Notes: generated by a model not told the origin, from the letters alone. DNA of 64,000 nt from Bdellovibrionales bacterium (GCA_031370005.1 JANMPT010000039.1:1-64000), one strand, 5' to 3'. Shown: positions 1-11,343, numbered from the stretch's first letter. Program-made: numbers and translations.

Positions 1-155
1 TGCCATTACAATTCAATAATATGCGATAGTAATTTCGCTTGCGGGTTTTTTGGGCTGTGATAAATTAATATTTAGTTATCAATGTTCCGCGTTCGATGTT
101 CCTAGAGTTTTGGTTTGCTCGTGGCTTCCGCGGTCTTAGAACCCTGGAGGTATTC

Positions 156-491
156 ATGGGTAAAAAGTTATATGTAGGAAATCTTCCATACTCAGTAGAC
201 GACGAAAGTCTTCACCACAAATTTTCTGAATTTGGGACTGTTTCTTCGGCAAAAGTTATCACGGATCGTGAAACCGGTCGTAGCAAAGGCTTTGGCTTTG
301 TCGAAATGGACTCTGACTCTGATGCAGACATGGCTATAGATAAATTAAATGGCGCACAAATGGATGGTCGCGCGATTAATGTTTCTGAAGCTAAGCCTCA
401 AGCTCCGCGCGAAGGCGGTGGCCGTGGTGGTTTCGGCGGCGGCGGGCGCAGCGGCGGAGGTCGTGGCGGCGGTGGCGGCGGAAGATACTAA
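156..491 (+). CDS. RRM-domain RNA-binding protein with Gly/Arg-rich tail
   Basis: RNP2 LYVGNL and RNP1 KGFGFVEM motifs; GGAGG RBS at 146-150 supports ATG 156 rather than 96. Confidence 0.95.
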   Translation: MGKKLYVGNLPYSVDDESLHHKFSEFGTVSSAKVITDRETGRSKGFGFVEMDSDSDADMAIDKLNGAQMDGRAINVSEAKPQAPREGGGRGGFGGGGRSGGGRGGGGGGRY

Positions 492-553
492 GTCCTACAA
501 TTTTGCTGTCTGATGACAGAAAATTACACGCTTGGACTTGTCTGCAAAGTCTC

Positions 554-588
554 ATATAGAGTCTCATGAAATCCATGAGACTCTATAT
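554..588. repeat. Perfect inverted repeat (15-bp arms, 5-nt loop) covering the tesA start codons
   Basis: ATATAGAGTCTCATG-aaatc-CATGAGACTCTATAT. Confidence 0.9.
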
Positions 589-1189
589 ATTATTTACTAC
601 TTTTTTATTTATCAGCTCTCTTTCTTTTTCACAGGCACCTGATCCTAAAACACTTATTATAATTGGTGATTCACTTACTGAAGGTTTGGGGGTTTCCAAG
701 GACAGTGCCTATCCTGCGCTCATAGAAAAAAAAATCAACGAGAGTGGTAAGAAGAATTGGGTCGTTATCAATGCTGGAATCAGCGGCTCAACGACGGCCT
801 CTGTCGTCAGTCGCATGAAGTGGCTTTTTAAGTCAAAACCAAGCCTTCTTTTGATAGTAATGGGAGCCAATGATGGCTTGCGCGGTCTTAAAATTGAAGA
901 GAGTGAGAAAAATCTTTCTCAAGCCATCGAATATGCTCAAGGGCAAAAAATTCCAATAATTTTAGGAGGCCTCTATATTCCGCCTAACTATGGGAAAGAC
1001 TATACGCTGAAATTTAAAAAAATGTACAAGGATCTATCAAAGAAATACAAAGTACAGCTGATCCCTTTTGTCCTCGATAAAGTGGCGGGGGATCCAAAGT
1101 TTAATCAAACTGATGGCCTTCATCCCAACGAGGCTGGTCATAAAATTATTGCAGAAACGGTTTATCAAAAAATTAAAGGTCTCTTATGA
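566..1189 (+). CDS. tesA: Secreted SGNH/GDSL arylesterase (TesA-like)
   Basis: Signal peptide; GDSLT, NAGISG, GAND and DGLHP blocks. Confidence 0.9.
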   Translation: MKSMRLYILFTTFLFISSLSFSQAPDPKTLIIIGDSLTEGLGVSKDSAYPALIEKKINESGKKNWVVINAGISGSTTASVVSRMKWLFKSKPSLLLIVMGANDGLRGLKIEESEKNLSQAIEYAQGQKIPIILGGLYIPPNYGKDYTLKFKKMYKDLSKKYKVQLIPFVLDKVAGDPKFNQTDGLHPNEAGHKIIAETVYQKIKGLL

Positions 1190-1851
1190 GTTTGCAGATC
1201 AGGAATCTTCAGAAGGCTTTCAATCAGGGTGAAGACAGAGTCACCGTTCTTGGGGGACTTAATGTGGATATTAAAAACAGTGAAGTGGTCGCTATCGTAG
1301 GGCAATCCGGAAGCGGCAAATCCACCTTATTATCATTGCTCGCAGGGCTAGATCGCGCAGACGCCGGTGAGCTAATGGTAGATGGCGTGAATATCAGCGC
1401 CATGAATGAAAAGCAGATCACAGAATTTCGTGGTCAAAACATAGGAATTGTTTTTCAGCAGTATCACTTGGTTTCGCATTTAACGTCTTTAGAAAATGTA
1501 ATGCTACCGATGGAGATTCTGGGGCGACCAGAAGCTGAATCTCATGCCCACGCTTTGCTGAAAGAAATGGGCCTTGAACATCGAATAAACCAATTTCCGA
1601 GTCGTATGAGTGGAGGCGAGTGTCAACGGGTCGCCATTGCGCGGGCCTTGGTCGTGCGCCCTAAGATTTTACTTGCTGATGAGCCAAGTGGAAATTTGGA
1701 CATTCATACGGGCGAAAAAGTTATGGATATTTTTTTTAACGCAGCAAAAAAATATAAAATCACCACGATTTTGGTAACTCACAGCGAAGTGCTGGCGAAG
1801 CGTTGTCAGCGAACCTTAAGACTTTCGGAAGGTCAGCTTTTGGAGGCTTAA
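1186..1851 (+). CDS. ABC transporter ATP-binding protein (YbbA/LolD-like)
   Basis: GQSGSGKS Walker A, MSGGECQR signature, LLADEP Walker B; ATGA overlap with tesA. Confidence 0.93.
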   Translation: MSLQIRNLQKAFNQGEDRVTVLGGLNVDIKNSEVVAIVGQSGSGKSTLLSLLAGLDRADAGELMVDGVNISAMNEKQITEFRGQNIGIVFQQYHLVSHLTSLENVMLPMEILGRPEAESHAHALLKEMGLEHRINQFPSRMSGGECQRVAIARALVVRPKILLADEPSGNLDIHTGEKVMDIFFNAAKKYKITTILVTHSEVLAKRCQRTLRLSEGQLLEA

Positions 1852-4374
1852 ATGTTTTTGAAGTGGGTTTATCGAGAGCTTCTGAGAAGTTGGAAGTTTG
1901 GTATTTTTTTTATTTTTAATTTAAGCCTAGGGCTCGCAGGCTATGTCTCGCTAGAGGCCTTCAAAGTTTCTTTGCAGGATACCTTAAATCAGAATTCCAA
2001 AGCCATATTATCGGCGGATCTCGCGGTGTCGGCGCGTCGCGAACTGACTGAGAATGAAAAATCAGCAATGCAAAAGATAATGTCAGAGGATTCTAAGACG
2101 AGCGTGTCCTATGAGTTCTTCGCCATGATGAGCTCGGACAAGGGCTCCCGTCTGGTCATGGTGCGCGCTATTGATAAGAACTATCCCCTGTATGGATCTT
2201 TGACGCTGGCCTCAGGAGCAAAAATTATTGGATCCAGATCAGCATGGATTTATCCAGAGCTTGAGACCCAACTCGGCCTTCACAAGGGGGACAGTCTTCA
2301 GCTCGGACAATTGCAATTAAAGGTTGCCGACGTGGTCATAAAAGATGGAACGCAAACCTTTCGAGCAGCGTCCATTGCACCACGAGTTTTCATTGACCGC
2401 GCCTTGCTTGCGCAATCAGGCTTAATCCAGTTCGGAAGTACATATTCTGTTAATTACCTTTTTAAATTAAAGAATGATCAACTCACTGCTGAGAAGAAAG
2501 CTGAGCTTCTTAAAGCTTTAATAGATCCTGCTATACAAGTGGAAACGGCAAAAACCGTAAGTGCAGACTCCAGTCGGCAACTCGGTTATCTATCGGATTA
2601 CTTAGGCCTTGTTGCAATCATTGCGCTTTTCATGTCGGCCCTTGGTGCAGCATATTTGTTCAGACTATTTATGACTCAAAGAATGCGAGAAGTGGCGATT
2701 TTGCGAACTCTTGGCCTGCAGGCCAGCCGCGCAGTGAGCTTGTATGCTGTACAGGTTACAATTCTGGGGCTTTTGTCTTTGATTCCCACCGTGATGGCGT
2801 CCTCCTTAGTACTGCCACTATTAAGTCGACTGCTAGCAAGTCTGACCCCTTTCAATTTATATCCTACGATGGCACTAAAAGCGGTCTTTATGGCCTTGAT
2901 TCTTGGTGTAATTGGCAGTTTCGTAATTTGTTTGCCATTCCTTTTGAAGATTCGAGATTTAAAACCTGCGCGGCTTTTTGCCGAAGAGAAGTTTTCTTCT
3001 TCTATTGAGATTAATAAGCCGTGGTTTTTTTTACCAGGAGTCATTCTTTTTTGGATGCTCGCCGTGGCTCAGTCAAATTCCCTTAAGGTGGGTTCATTAT
3101 TTGTTGGCGCATTTTTCGGGGTATTGGTGGTTTTATCTGCTGCCGGGATGTCGTTGCTTTTAATTTTAAGATTTGCTGCTAGGGCAAAGAGCTGGATTAT
3201 TAAATACGCTTTGTTGGGCCTTTCTCGAAGGCGATCGAGCAGTCTTGCTGTTTTTATTGCGTTAGGTCTTGGGTCTTTATTAATCAATGTATTGCCGCAA
3301 TTAAAAGTTGGTCTACAGAATGAATTTAAAACTGAGTCCGCGTCAAAGATTCCAAGTCTTTTTTTGTTTGATATTCAAGACGAGCAAGTGGCGCCCTTGC
3401 AGGATTTTTTAAGACAAGAAAAAGTTGAAGACCTTGGTTTTTCTCCGCTTGTTCGCGCACGAATTCTGAAAGTGAATGATCAGCCTTTTGAAAGAAGTAT
3501 TGAAGAGGGCGCTTACAAGACTCGCGAGGAAGAAGCAGAGGCGCGTTTTCGCAATCGCGGAGTGAATATTTCATATCGCGAAAAGATCTCAGATGCTGAA
3601 AGAATTATAGAGGGTCAAAACTTTTCAGGGGTCTATGATGCCTCTAAACAAAAGTATCCAGAGGTCTCTGTCGAAGCTAAATATGCTGAACGCTTGGGGG
3701 TTAAGATTGGCGATATTTTACAATTTGACGTGCAAGGCGTGGAGATCAAAGGTCAGGTCATCAATTTTCGCAAGGTGAAGTGGACGAGTTTCCAACCGAA
3801 CTTTTTCATTTTAATTCAAAATGGGGTTTTGAATGATGCACCTAAGACATTTATCACGGCACTGCCAAGAATGAGTGTCTCTAAAAAGGATGACCTTCAG
3901 ATGCTGCTGGCGAAAAGATTCTCGAATATTTCTATTGTTGATGTCCAAAGAACTGTCGACGAGGTTTTAAAGATTGCTGATCAGATGAGCTGGTCTTTGG
4001 AGTTGATGGCCGCGTTAGCGTTGTTTACAGGTTATGTTGTTTTATATTCCATCGTCAGTGGTCAGGTTCGTCTTCGCCGTTGGGAGTTGAATATGTTAAA
4101 GATTATGGGGGCTAAGTTTAATGAGGTTTTAAGATATCTTGTCATCGAATTTGTGAGCTTGTCTTTTGGCGCAGGCCTGGTGGGCGCTAGCTTGAGTGTG
4201 GTGGTCAGTTATTTTATTTCTTATTATGTTTTTGAAGGCAGTTTTATTTTTAGCTGGCAATGGCCGGTTTTGACGATCTTTGGAGTTTGCGTACTCAGTG
4301 CACTGGTCGCTTTTTTCGCCGGTCGTCGAGTTGTCCATGAAAGTCCACTTGTGATTCTACAGGAAGAGAGCTAA
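1852..4374 (+). CDS. FtsX-like ABC permease (YbbP family)
   Basis: 840 aa, two FtsX-like TM clusters, FLFDIQ and FQPNFF motifs; follows TesA and ATPase genes. Confidence 0.88.
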   Translation: MFLKWVYRELLRSWKFGIFFIFNLSLGLAGYVSLEAFKVSLQDTLNQNSKAILSADLAVSARRELTENEKSAMQKIMSEDSKTSVSYEFFAMMSSDKGSRLVMVRAIDKNYPLYGSLTLASGAKIIGSRSAWIYPELETQLGLHKGDSLQLGQLQLKVADVVIKDGTQTFRAASIAPRVFIDRALLAQSGLIQFGSTYSVNYLFKLKNDQLTAEKKAELLKALIDPAIQVETAKTVSADSSRQLGYLSDYLGLVAIIALFMSALGAAYLFRLFMTQRMREVAILRTLGLQASRAVSLYAVQVTILGLLSLIPTVMASSLVLPLLSRLLASLTPFNLYPTMALKAVFMALILGVIGSFVICLPFLLKIRDLKPARLFAEEKFSSSIEINKPWFFLPGVILFWMLAVAQSNSLKVGSLFVGAFFGVLVVLSAAGMSLLLILRFAARAKSWIIKYALLGLSRRRSSSLAVFIALGLGSLLINVLPQLKVGLQNEFKTESASKIPSLFLFDIQDEQVAPLQDFLRQEKVEDLGFSPLVRARILKVNDQPFERSIEEGAYKTREEEAEARFRNRGVNISYREKISDAERIIEGQNFSGVYDASKQKYPEVSVEAKYAERLGVKIGDILQFDVQGVEIKGQVINFRKVKWTSFQPNFFILIQNGVLNDAPKTFITALPRMSVSKKDDLQMLLAKRFSNISIVDVQRTVDEVLKIADQMSWSLELMAALALFTGYVVLYSIVSGQVRLRRWELNMLKIMGAKFNEVLRYLVIEFVSLSFGAGLVGASLSVVVSYFISYYVFEGSFIFSWQWPVLTIFGVCVLSALVAFFAGRRVVHESPLVILQEES

Positions 4375-4383
4375 AACTCTGCC

Positions 4384-5394
4384 ATGAGCGCGCAAGATAT
4401 CTCAAAAGCCATAGAGCTCCTGGCAAAGGGGTTTGTCGTGGGGATTCCCACCGAGACGGTCTATGGCTTGGCGGCACGGATTGACTCCCCTGAGGGAATT
4501 CAGACGATTTTTAAAGTCAAAGAACGTCCTTTCTTTGATCCTTTGATTGTTCATATCTCGGACCGAGGGCAACTCAAAAATATAGTTGCTAGTTTTCCAC
4601 CAGTGGCTGAAGCCCTGGCTGATAAATTTTGGCCCGGCGCTCTAACCATGGTCCTTCCTAAAAACAAGAATCTGAACTCGATGATTACTGCGGGACTAGA
4701 CTCCGTAGCGGTACGCATGCCGGCTCATCCTTTGGCTTTGGAACTGATTCATGCAGCAGGGGTCCCGCTAGCGGCACCGAGTGCGAACAAATTTGGAAAA
4801 ACCAGTCCGACGACGGCCAAGCACGTTCGTCATGAGTTTCAAAAAGAGAACATTTTTGTGCTTGAGGGTGGAGATAGTCAAATCGGCATTGAGTCCACGG
4901 TGCTATTGGTGAAAGAACGCGATGGAAAGAACATGCTTTCTATTTTGCGTAAAGGTCATATTTTAAAGTCAGTTATTGAAACATATTTAAATAGCAAAGG
5001 TCTTGCTTTTGAATTTTTTGAGCCCAGGGATAAAAAAGAATCACCGGGCCAGATGAAGCATCACTATATGCCGCCAGTGCCTTTGGTTTTGTGTTTAGAC
5101 CGTAAAAAATCTGAGGCAGATCTAAAGGTCACGATCCAGCAAAAAATCTCGGAGCTTCCAGATAAAATTGAAGAAGTCAAAATTGTAAAGCCCGCCGGTC
5201 TAGTGGAAAATTTAGCATATATGCATTTGCCGGAGGACGCGGCTCTGGCGGCAAGAAGTTTCTATGCCCTGCTACGAGAGCTAGCTGCGCAGAAGCCGGA
5301 TTGCATTGTTCTTTATAAAGAGGCAGCTCATTCTGAGGAGCGCTGGGAAAGCCTTTATGATCGTATCAACAAAGCCGCAAGTTTAATCATTTAG
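4384..5394 (+). CDS. sua5: L-threonylcarbamoyladenylate synthase (Sua5 type)
   Basis: PTETVYGL, PSAN, GIEST and SPGQMKHHY motifs. Confidence 0.93.
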   Translation: MSAQDISKAIELLAKGFVVGIPTETVYGLAARIDSPEGIQTIFKVKERPFFDPLIVHISDRGQLKNIVASFPPVAEALADKFWPGALTMVLPKNKNLNSMITAGLDSVAVRMPAHPLALELIHAAGVPLAAPSANKFGKTSPTTAKHVRHEFQKENIFVLEGGDSQIGIESTVLLVKERDGKNMLSILRKGHILKSVIETYLNSKGLAFEFFEPRDKKESPGQMKHHYMPPVPLVLCLDRKKSEADLKVTIQQKISELPDKIEEVKIVKPAGLVENLAYMHLPEDAALAARSFYALLRELAAQKPDCIVLYKEAAHSEERWESLYDRINKAASLII

Positions 5395-5508
5395 CACTTC
5401 GCAAAGATATCCTAGACCATTGGTGTTGAATAAAACACTGACGCACTCCTAACCCAACCTTAACAAAAAGTTGGTTATCATTTATTTAAATAAGAAAAGG
5501 GGGATTTG

Positions 5509-6348
5509 ATGCTGAACACTCTGCACTCCATGTATCAGATGCGACAAAACCGAATCAAGCACTTCAAGCCAAAAATAGAAGTCTATTCAGAGGTGGGTCC
5601 TTTCCTAGTCAAAACAGTATCTACAGTTGAGGAGCTCAAAGAAGCTCTTCACCTTCGTTATCAAGTTTTTCATCGTGAGATGATCGGAAAAAGCAAAGTA
5701 GTGGGCGTGGATGTTGATGAGTTTGACTTTCATTGCGATCACTTAGTGATTGTCGAAAAAAAGACAAACAAAATCGTAGGTACTTATCGTTTGAATTGTT
5801 CAGAGTTTTCAGGTGATTTTTACTCAGCCAGGGAATTCAATCTGAATCGTATTCTAGCTCAGCCGGGAATTAAGCTGGAGCTTGGGCGCGCTTGTATTCA
5901 GAAGGATTTCCGTCGTGGCATTGTGATCTCGCTGTTGTGGAGAGGTATTGCGGAGTATATGGCTTCTAGCCAAGCACAAATTTTGTTTGGTTGCGCGAGC
6001 ATTAAAACCGAAAATCCGCGACAGGCGGCGTTGCTTTACAAATACTTCATCGCGAAAGGCCGTATTATTCCTGAGTACCTGGCAATACCGACAAAAACCT
6101 ACATGATGCCAAAGTTAGATTTGTGGATTCAGTACTTTCAAAATCCATTGACAGAGGTTGAGGTGAAAGAGGTCGAGGATCTTCTGCCGCCCCTTTGTCG
6201 AGCATATCTCAAGATCGGTGCCTATATTGGTGGTGAACCGGCCTGGGATGCTGAGTTTAAATGCATTGATTTCTTGACGATCCTACACCGTGAAGATTTA
6301 AATAGAACACTGTGGAAGCGATACAAGCTGGACTCCGAGGAGTCATAA
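5509..6348 (+). CDS. GNAT-family ornithine N-acyltransferase (OlsB-like)
   Basis: LRYQVF, DEFDFHCDHL, VGTYRL, ELGRAC, LFGCAS, LPPLCRAYL, DAEFKCID motifs; paired with a PlsC-type gene. Confidence 0.8.
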   Translation: MLNTLHSMYQMRQNRIKHFKPKIEVYSEVGPFLVKTVSTVEELKEALHLRYQVFHREMIGKSKVVGVDVDEFDFHCDHLVIVEKKTNKIVGTYRLNCSEFSGDFYSAREFNLNRILAQPGIKLELGRACIQKDFRRGIVISLLWRGIAEYMASSQAQILFGCASIKTENPRQAALLYKYFIAKGRIIPEYLAIPTKTYMMPKLDLWIQYFQNPLTEVEVKEVEDLLPPLCRAYLKIGAYIGGEPAWDAEFKCIDFLTILHREDLNRTLWKRYKLDSEES

Positions 6349-7112
6349 GACTTTTTTTTGCTGTGATAGTTATCGCAATGTTCTTTGCCAAGGGCATGTA
6401 CATAAGATGGCGACACCGCCATGATATAGTGGCTCGGCGCAAAGGTTATGGCGAAAATGCACAAAGCCATTGTGCGCTTATGCTCAAGGTTTTCAAAATT
6501 GAAGTGATCGTTAAAGGCGCCCCAGCAGCAGGAACCAATTTCTTGTATGTGGGAAACCACATGGGATTTGTGGATATCTTTGTTTTAGCCTCTATCATGC
6601 CAGCTCTTTTTATCACGTCACAAGAAATGCGTGAAACCCCATTCCTTGGTGACCTTTGTGAAGTCGCCGGCTGTATTTTTGTCGAGCGTCGCAGTCGCAC
6701 TAAAATCATGAATGAGCTTGGATCCCTGAAAGAAGCTCTCGAGCAGGGTTTTAATGTCGTTCTTTATCCCGAGGCTACCTCCACGAATGGTGAGGCCGTT
6801 TTGCCATTTAAGAAAACTTTGATGATGGCAGGACCTCAAGCAGCGCGCCCGATTCAACCGGGGTGTATAAATTTTATTGAAATTGATGGCGAAGATTTTA
6901 ACCTGAACACTCGAGACAATGTTTGCTGGTACGGCGACATGAGTTTTGCAGAGGCCATGTGGAACTCTCTGACTTCTTCTTCTATGAAAGTCGAAATACG
7001 CTTTTTAGAGCCAATACACGAGTCCGCAACGGCGGATCGCAGTCTTGTAGCCATGAAGGCACATGCTTTGGTAAGCGCTCATTTTAAATCACCACGACCT
7101 GTCAGGGCCTGA
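6312..7112 (+). CDS. Lysophospholipid / lyso-ornithine lipid acyltransferase (OlsA/PlsC family)
   Basis: HxxxxD (NHMGFVD) and YPEATST motifs; start uncertain. Confidence 0.85.
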   Translation: MEAIQAGLRGVIRLFFAVIVIAMFFAKGMYIRWRHRHDIVARRKGYGENAQSHCALMLKVFKIEVIVKGAPAAGTNFLYVGNHMGFVDIFVLASIMPALFITSQEMRETPFLGDLCEVAGCIFVERRSRTKIMNELGSLKEALEQGFNVVLYPEATSTNGEAVLPFKKTLMMAGPQAARPIQPGCINFIEIDGEDFNLNTRDNVCWYGDMSFAEAMWNSLTSSSMKVEIRFLEPIHESATADRSLVAMKAHALVSAHFKSPRPVRA

Positions 7113-8917
7113 TTGAGCTCCTCCATCAGGTTTAATATTTTTTCTTCAATTTCAATGACCTGATCAGATACGTGGTGCAAATCTATTGAAAGAGTCTGCG
7201 CAGGAGGTCCTGATATTGTAATAAGTTTTTCTGTCATTTCCATTTGTTTTTTTGTGAGTTCCAGGAGTGTTTTCTCGAGATCGGAAATTTCTTTTTGTAT
7301 TTTTTTAATTGAGGCGTCAAGACGCTTTCGCTCATCTTTGTAATTAAACTTAGATGCTGCATTGCTGGCAATGGTTTTGATTTCAGTCTTTTTAGAATCA
7401 GCGGAGTTCACAAAGGTATTAAGTTCTGATAAATAACCCTTTTGCAGGCTCCAGACATACTCATCATAAGAGCCCGGATAAAGAAGCAAACTGCCGTTTC
7501 TAACTTCGAGAATTTGATTCGCCACGCGGCCAATGAAGGCTCGGTCATGGCTGACGGTGATAATACTGCCTTCGTATCTCGCCAGCGCTTCAGTAAGGGC
7601 CTCCACAGTGTCGAAGTCCAAATGATTCGTGGGCTCATCGAGTAATAGCAGAGGAGCTTTTTTTAAAAGAATTTGGCCAAGGGCTACGCGGGCTTTTTCA
7701 CCCCCGGAGAGCACCTTGATGTTTTTTTTCACAGCTTCGCCAGTAAAAAGCAGAGAGCCGGCGATATTCAAAACTTCCTGTTGGAGAACTGAGGGATGGG
7801 CAGCATGGTTTAGGGCCTGAAGCACTGTCCAGTTGGGATTTAACTGTTCAGCACTGTGTTGAGAAAAAAAAGCTAAGCTTACATTTAGGCCAAACTTGAG
7901 TTCACCAGCAAGAAGTGGCATTTGCTGGCCAAGTGCCTTTAGCAAAGTGGATTTCCCAGCCCCATTGAGACCAACAATCCCTAGGTGCATACCGCGTTCA
8001 AGACGAAGTTCTACATTTTTTAAAATACTTTTTCCGGGATAACCGCACTCGCCCTTGGTGATACTAAGGATTTCTTTGCCAGTTTTCACAGGTGTTGGAA
8101 TTTGAATTGAGGCTCTAAGGGGTAAGTCTTTGATTTCAATTTTTTCCATTTTCTCGAGATTTCGCAACTTACTTTGAGCTTGCTTAGCTTTTGTCGCCTT
8201 TGCTCCAAAGCGTGTAACGAATTCCATCACGGATTTCTTTTTTGACTCTTGATTAAGCATTTGTTTTTGCAAAATTTCACGGAGTAAGGATTTTTGCTCG
8301 AAGTAATCGTCTAAGTTCCCAGGAAACTTAGTGATATCCCCGGCTTCGACTTCAATAATATGGTCAGTAGTACGAAGCAAGAACTCTCGATCATGTGAAA
8401 TCATCAGAAAGGCACCAGGAAAATCCTGAAGAAAACTTTCAAAAACAAGCAAAGTCTCCAGATCTAAAAAGTTGGTGGGCTCATCGAGCAGTAAAAGATT
8501 GGGCTCTTGACCAATCAAGAAAAGAAGCTTCACCCGCATGCGATAACCACCGCTCAGTTCTGTAAGACGAGAGCTAAAGTGAGTTTCTGTAAGTCCAAGC
8601 TTAAGACCTAATTGTTTCAAGTCCCAAATGGGTTTCAAACAATTATTAGTTAGATAATCTTCGACAACCTCTTCGAGATTCCACTCGACTTCTTGCTCTA
8701 GATAGCCAAGGCGCAACTGTTGCGAACGGGTGACTTGGCCTTCATCGAGGGTTTCCTGCTGAGCTAAGATTTTAAACAATGTGGTTTTACCAGCCCCATT
8801 GGGACCGATCACACCGGCATGTTCCCCTTCATTGATTGCAAAGCTCGCAGAATCAAAAAGTTTGCGGCTGCCAAATCCCTTAGCCCCGTTTTGAAGTTGA
8901 ATTAGTGTAATACCCAT
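7079..8917 (-). CDS. ABC-F family ATPase
   Basis: Two ABC cassettes (GPNGAGKT, GLNGAGKS; DEPTNFLD, DEPTNHLD), no TM segments, C-terminal coiled coil. Confidence 0.93.
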   Translation of the reverse strand: MGITLIQLQNGAKGFGSRKLFDSASFAINEGEHAGVIGPNGAGKTTLFKILAQQETLDEGQVTRSQQLRLGYLEQEVEWNLEEVVEDYLTNNCLKPIWDLKQLGLKLGLTETHFSSRLTELSGGYRMRVKLLFLIGQEPNLLLLDEPTNFLDLETLLVFESFLQDFPGAFLMISHDREFLLRTTDHIIEVEAGDITKFPGNLDDYFEQKSLLREILQKQMLNQESKKKSVMEFVTRFGAKATKAKQAQSKLRNLEKMEKIEIKDLPLRASIQIPTPVKTGKEILSITKGECGYPGKSILKNVELRLERGMHLGIVGLNGAGKSTLLKALGQQMPLLAGELKFGLNVSLAFFSQHSAEQLNPNWTVLQALNHAAHPSVLQQEVLNIAGSLLFTGEAVKKNIKVLSGGEKARVALGQILLKKAPLLLLDEPTNHLDFDTVEALTEALARYEGSIITVSHDRAFIGRVANQILEVRNGSLLLYPGSYDEYVWSLQKGYLSELNTFVNSADSKKTEIKTIASNAASKFNYKDERKRLDASIKKIQKEISDLEKTLLELTKKQMEMTEKLITISGPPAQTLSIDLHHVSDQVIEIEEKILNLMEELNQALTGRGDLK

Positions 8918-9285
8918 TATTTATGTTTTCGCTCCGCGCGGACTTCTTTTACACGGTTTTTGCCGTCGACAAAGACGACATTTGGTTTATGTTTAGAAGC
9001 TTTTTCATCGGGCATTCCGCAATAAGCTACGATAATCACAAGATCGCCTTTTTGAGCATGGCGAGCGGCCGCACCGTTCAAACAAACTTCGCCTTTTTTA
9101 CCCTCGATTACGTAAGTGGAAAGACGGGCTCCATTGTTACAATTTAATATATCGACGCGTTCATTAATAAATAAACCCGCTGCTTTAATGAGCTTGGGAT
9201 CAATGGAAATAGAACCCTCGTAGCTGAGATTTGCATCAGTGACCGTCGCTCTGTGGATTTTACACTTCATCATGGTTACGAACAT
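8917..9285 (-). CDS. panD: Aspartate 1-decarboxylase
   Basis: [13 protein letters not shown] autocleavage site, CLNGAAAR; start taken at MFVTMMK. Confidence 0.95.
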   Translation of the reverse strand: MFVTMMKCKIHRATVTDANLSYEGSISIDPKLIKAAGLFINERVDILNCNNGARLSTYVIEGKKGEVCLNGAAARHAQKGDLVIIVAYCGMPDEKASKHKPNVVFVDGKNRVKEVRAERKHK

Positions 9286-10075
9286 AGTCTTTTCCTCCTG
9301 CCAATTGCGCATTCATTTTTAATGAGTACAACAAACCCTTAAGTACCAAATCTGGAATAATCGCATCAAATATTTTTTCTTTTTCGAAAAGATTTGCAAA
9401 GCCACCAGTGCCAATAATAAAAGGCTTGTCTCCGTTGAAGGCTTCTTTTGTAATTCGCTCGCTGATTTCTTTTATAGTGCCAATGTGGCCATAATAAAGA
9501 CCCGATTGAAGACTTTCAATTGTTGAGCGTCCTAAGGCTTCTCCGGTGGAAATGATTTCTACAGAAGGGAGCTTCGAGGTCTTAGCCTCTAAGGACTCCA
9601 TTGAAAGCCGAAGCCCAGCTACAATGGAGCCTCCCAGGTAATCTTTGTCTTTAGTAATTGCGCAGAAAGTGGTGGCAGTTCCCAAGTCCACGATAATCAG
9701 ATTGTCATTTGGAAAAAGATGAGTTGCCGCAATTGAATTGGCGATACGATCAGCACCAACTTCCACAGGGTTGCGATACTTGATTTTAAGCCCTGTCTTT
9801 ACTCCGACTTGTAAAATAAATGGATTAATATTGAAATATTTCATACAAGCGCCGCGCAATGAGTAAATCACATCCGGAACGACTGAGCAAAAAGCAATTT
9901 GTTTTACCTTCGTGGGAACAATATTGTTTTCACGAAGTACAGTTCTTAAAAAAATCCCGACCTCGTCTGAGGATGAGCCTTGTTTAGAGTTTTTACGGAA
10001 AGAAAGCAGCATTTTTTCTTTTTCAAAAATTCCACCGTAAATTTGAGTATTCCCAACATCAAGGGCGAGGATCAT
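9260..10075 (-). CDS. coaX: Type III pantothenate kinase
   Basis: [21 protein letters not shown] motifs. Confidence 0.95.
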   Translation of the reverse strand: MILALDVGNTQIYGGIFEKEKMLLSFRKNSKQGSSSDEVGIFLRTVLRENNIVPTKVKQIAFCSVVPDVIYSLRGACMKYFNINPFILQVGVKTGLKIKYRNPVEVGADRIANSIAATHLFPNDNLIIVDLGTATTFCAITKDKDYLGGSIVAGLRLSMESLEAKTSKLPSVEIISTGEALGRSTIESLQSGLYYGHIGTIKEISERITKEAFNGDKPFIIGTGGFANLFEKEKIFDAIIPDLVLKGLLYSLKMNAQLAGGKDYVRNHDEV

Positions 10076-11343
10076 AGGATTTTCTCCTTCATAAAAATCT
10101 GTAAGAGCTCAGCGGCAAGAGTTTCGATATTTTCTAGACGGACTTTCGTTTGAGCGCCATATAGTGCAAATAAATGTTGTCGTTTAGTTTTGTCAATCTC
10201 AGTGGTATCATTTTGAACAACATAATCGGCCTGAGAGCGATCACGTAGCGTTGCCACTGCCCAGTCGCGCTCTTGTTCCGCAGACTTGCTTGTAAGCTTA
10301 AAGGCAACTAACTTGATGTTTTTATTGCGGCTGTAGGATTTAATTTGATCCACAATCTTCGGATTGTTTTTTAGGTGGATACTTAGTTTATCGTTTGATT
10401 GTATTTTTGGAAAACCACCAGGACTGTGAACCTTGCCATTGATTTCAAGATTTTCTACTGAAAAGTCACTGACGGCCGCTGTATGGATCACGACATCAAA
10501 TTCATGATTTGCCAAAAGTAATTTTAAATTCTCATGTAAAGAATTGAAAGTGCTAAAGGTGCTTTGTTCAACTCGTCGGTCAGCGACTTTTCCATTTTCA
10601 GCATGTAGTAAGTGAACTTGACAGCCAAAGTCAGTCAAAAATTCTGCGAGTTTTGCTCCAGTTTCCCCTGAGCTCAAGTTGGCGATGACTCGGATATCGT
10701 CAATATGCTCCACCGTTCCACCTGCGGTAACAAGTATGCGGAGAGGATTTAAATCTGATTTATTGACAACTTCCTTCACAGAAGGAGTTGTTTTGATAGA
10801 AGTAGCAGGAAGTCTTTGGTTGATTTCTTTTAAAATCAAATCAGGGTCTAAGAGTTTTCCAAAGCCTGTTTCTCCGCATGCAAGTACGCCTGATGCGGTC
10901 TCTAAAATATCGAGTCCTATTTCGCGTAAGCGCTTGATAGAGGTCTGAGTTACCGGATGCAGATACATACTGGTATTCATTGCAGGGGCAAGTAGGAATG
11001 GTTTTTTAAAATCATGAGCCAAGAACAGCGTTGTTAGCAAGTCATCGCCGACACCTTGAGCGAGTTTATTTATATAATTCGCTGTTGACGGAGCCACAAC
11101 TATCAAATCTGCCCAGCGCATAAGATGGATATGATCCATGAGGCCACCTGGTGTATACAAATCACTAATGACACTTTTGCCGGTGAGGCCTTCAAAGGTC
11201 GCATTACCCACAAATTGCAAGGCACTCGGCGAAGCCACAACTTGAACGTCATGTCCATTTTGCACAAGACGCGAAATCACCTGGCAGGCTTTGTAGCAGG
11301 CGATAGAGCCCGTCATCATGAATAATATTTTAGATTTGGACAT
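10072..11343 (-). CDS. coaBC: Bifunctional PPC decarboxylase / PPC synthetase
   Basis: TGSIAC, HI, PAMNTSM, LACGETG, VTAGGT, NLSSG, AAVSDF motifs. Confidence 0.95.
   Translation of the reverse strand: MSKSKILFMMTGSIACYKACQVISRLVQNGHDVQVVASPSALQFVGNATFEGLTGKSVISDLYTPGGLMDHIHLMRWADLIVVAPSTANYINKLAQGVGDDLLTTLFLAHDFKKPFLLAPAMNTSMYLHPVTQTSIKRLREIGLDILETASGVLACGETGFGKLLDPDLILKEINQRLPATSIKTTPSVKEVVNKSDLNPLRILVTAGGTVEHIDDIRVIANLSSGETGAKLAEFLTDFGCQVHLLHAENGKVADRRVEQSTFSTFNSLHENLKLLLANHEFDVVIHTAAVSDFSVENLEINGKVHSPGGFPKIQSNDKLSIHLKNNPKIVDQIKSYSRNKNIKLVAFKLTSKSAEQERDWAVATLRDRSQADYVVQNDTTEIDKTKRQHLFALYGAQTKVRLENIETLAAELLQIFMKEKIL

Noticed and set aside
410..485. GGC/GGT-rich repeats
   Set aside because: They encode the Gly-rich tail of the RRM protein and are not an independent repeat
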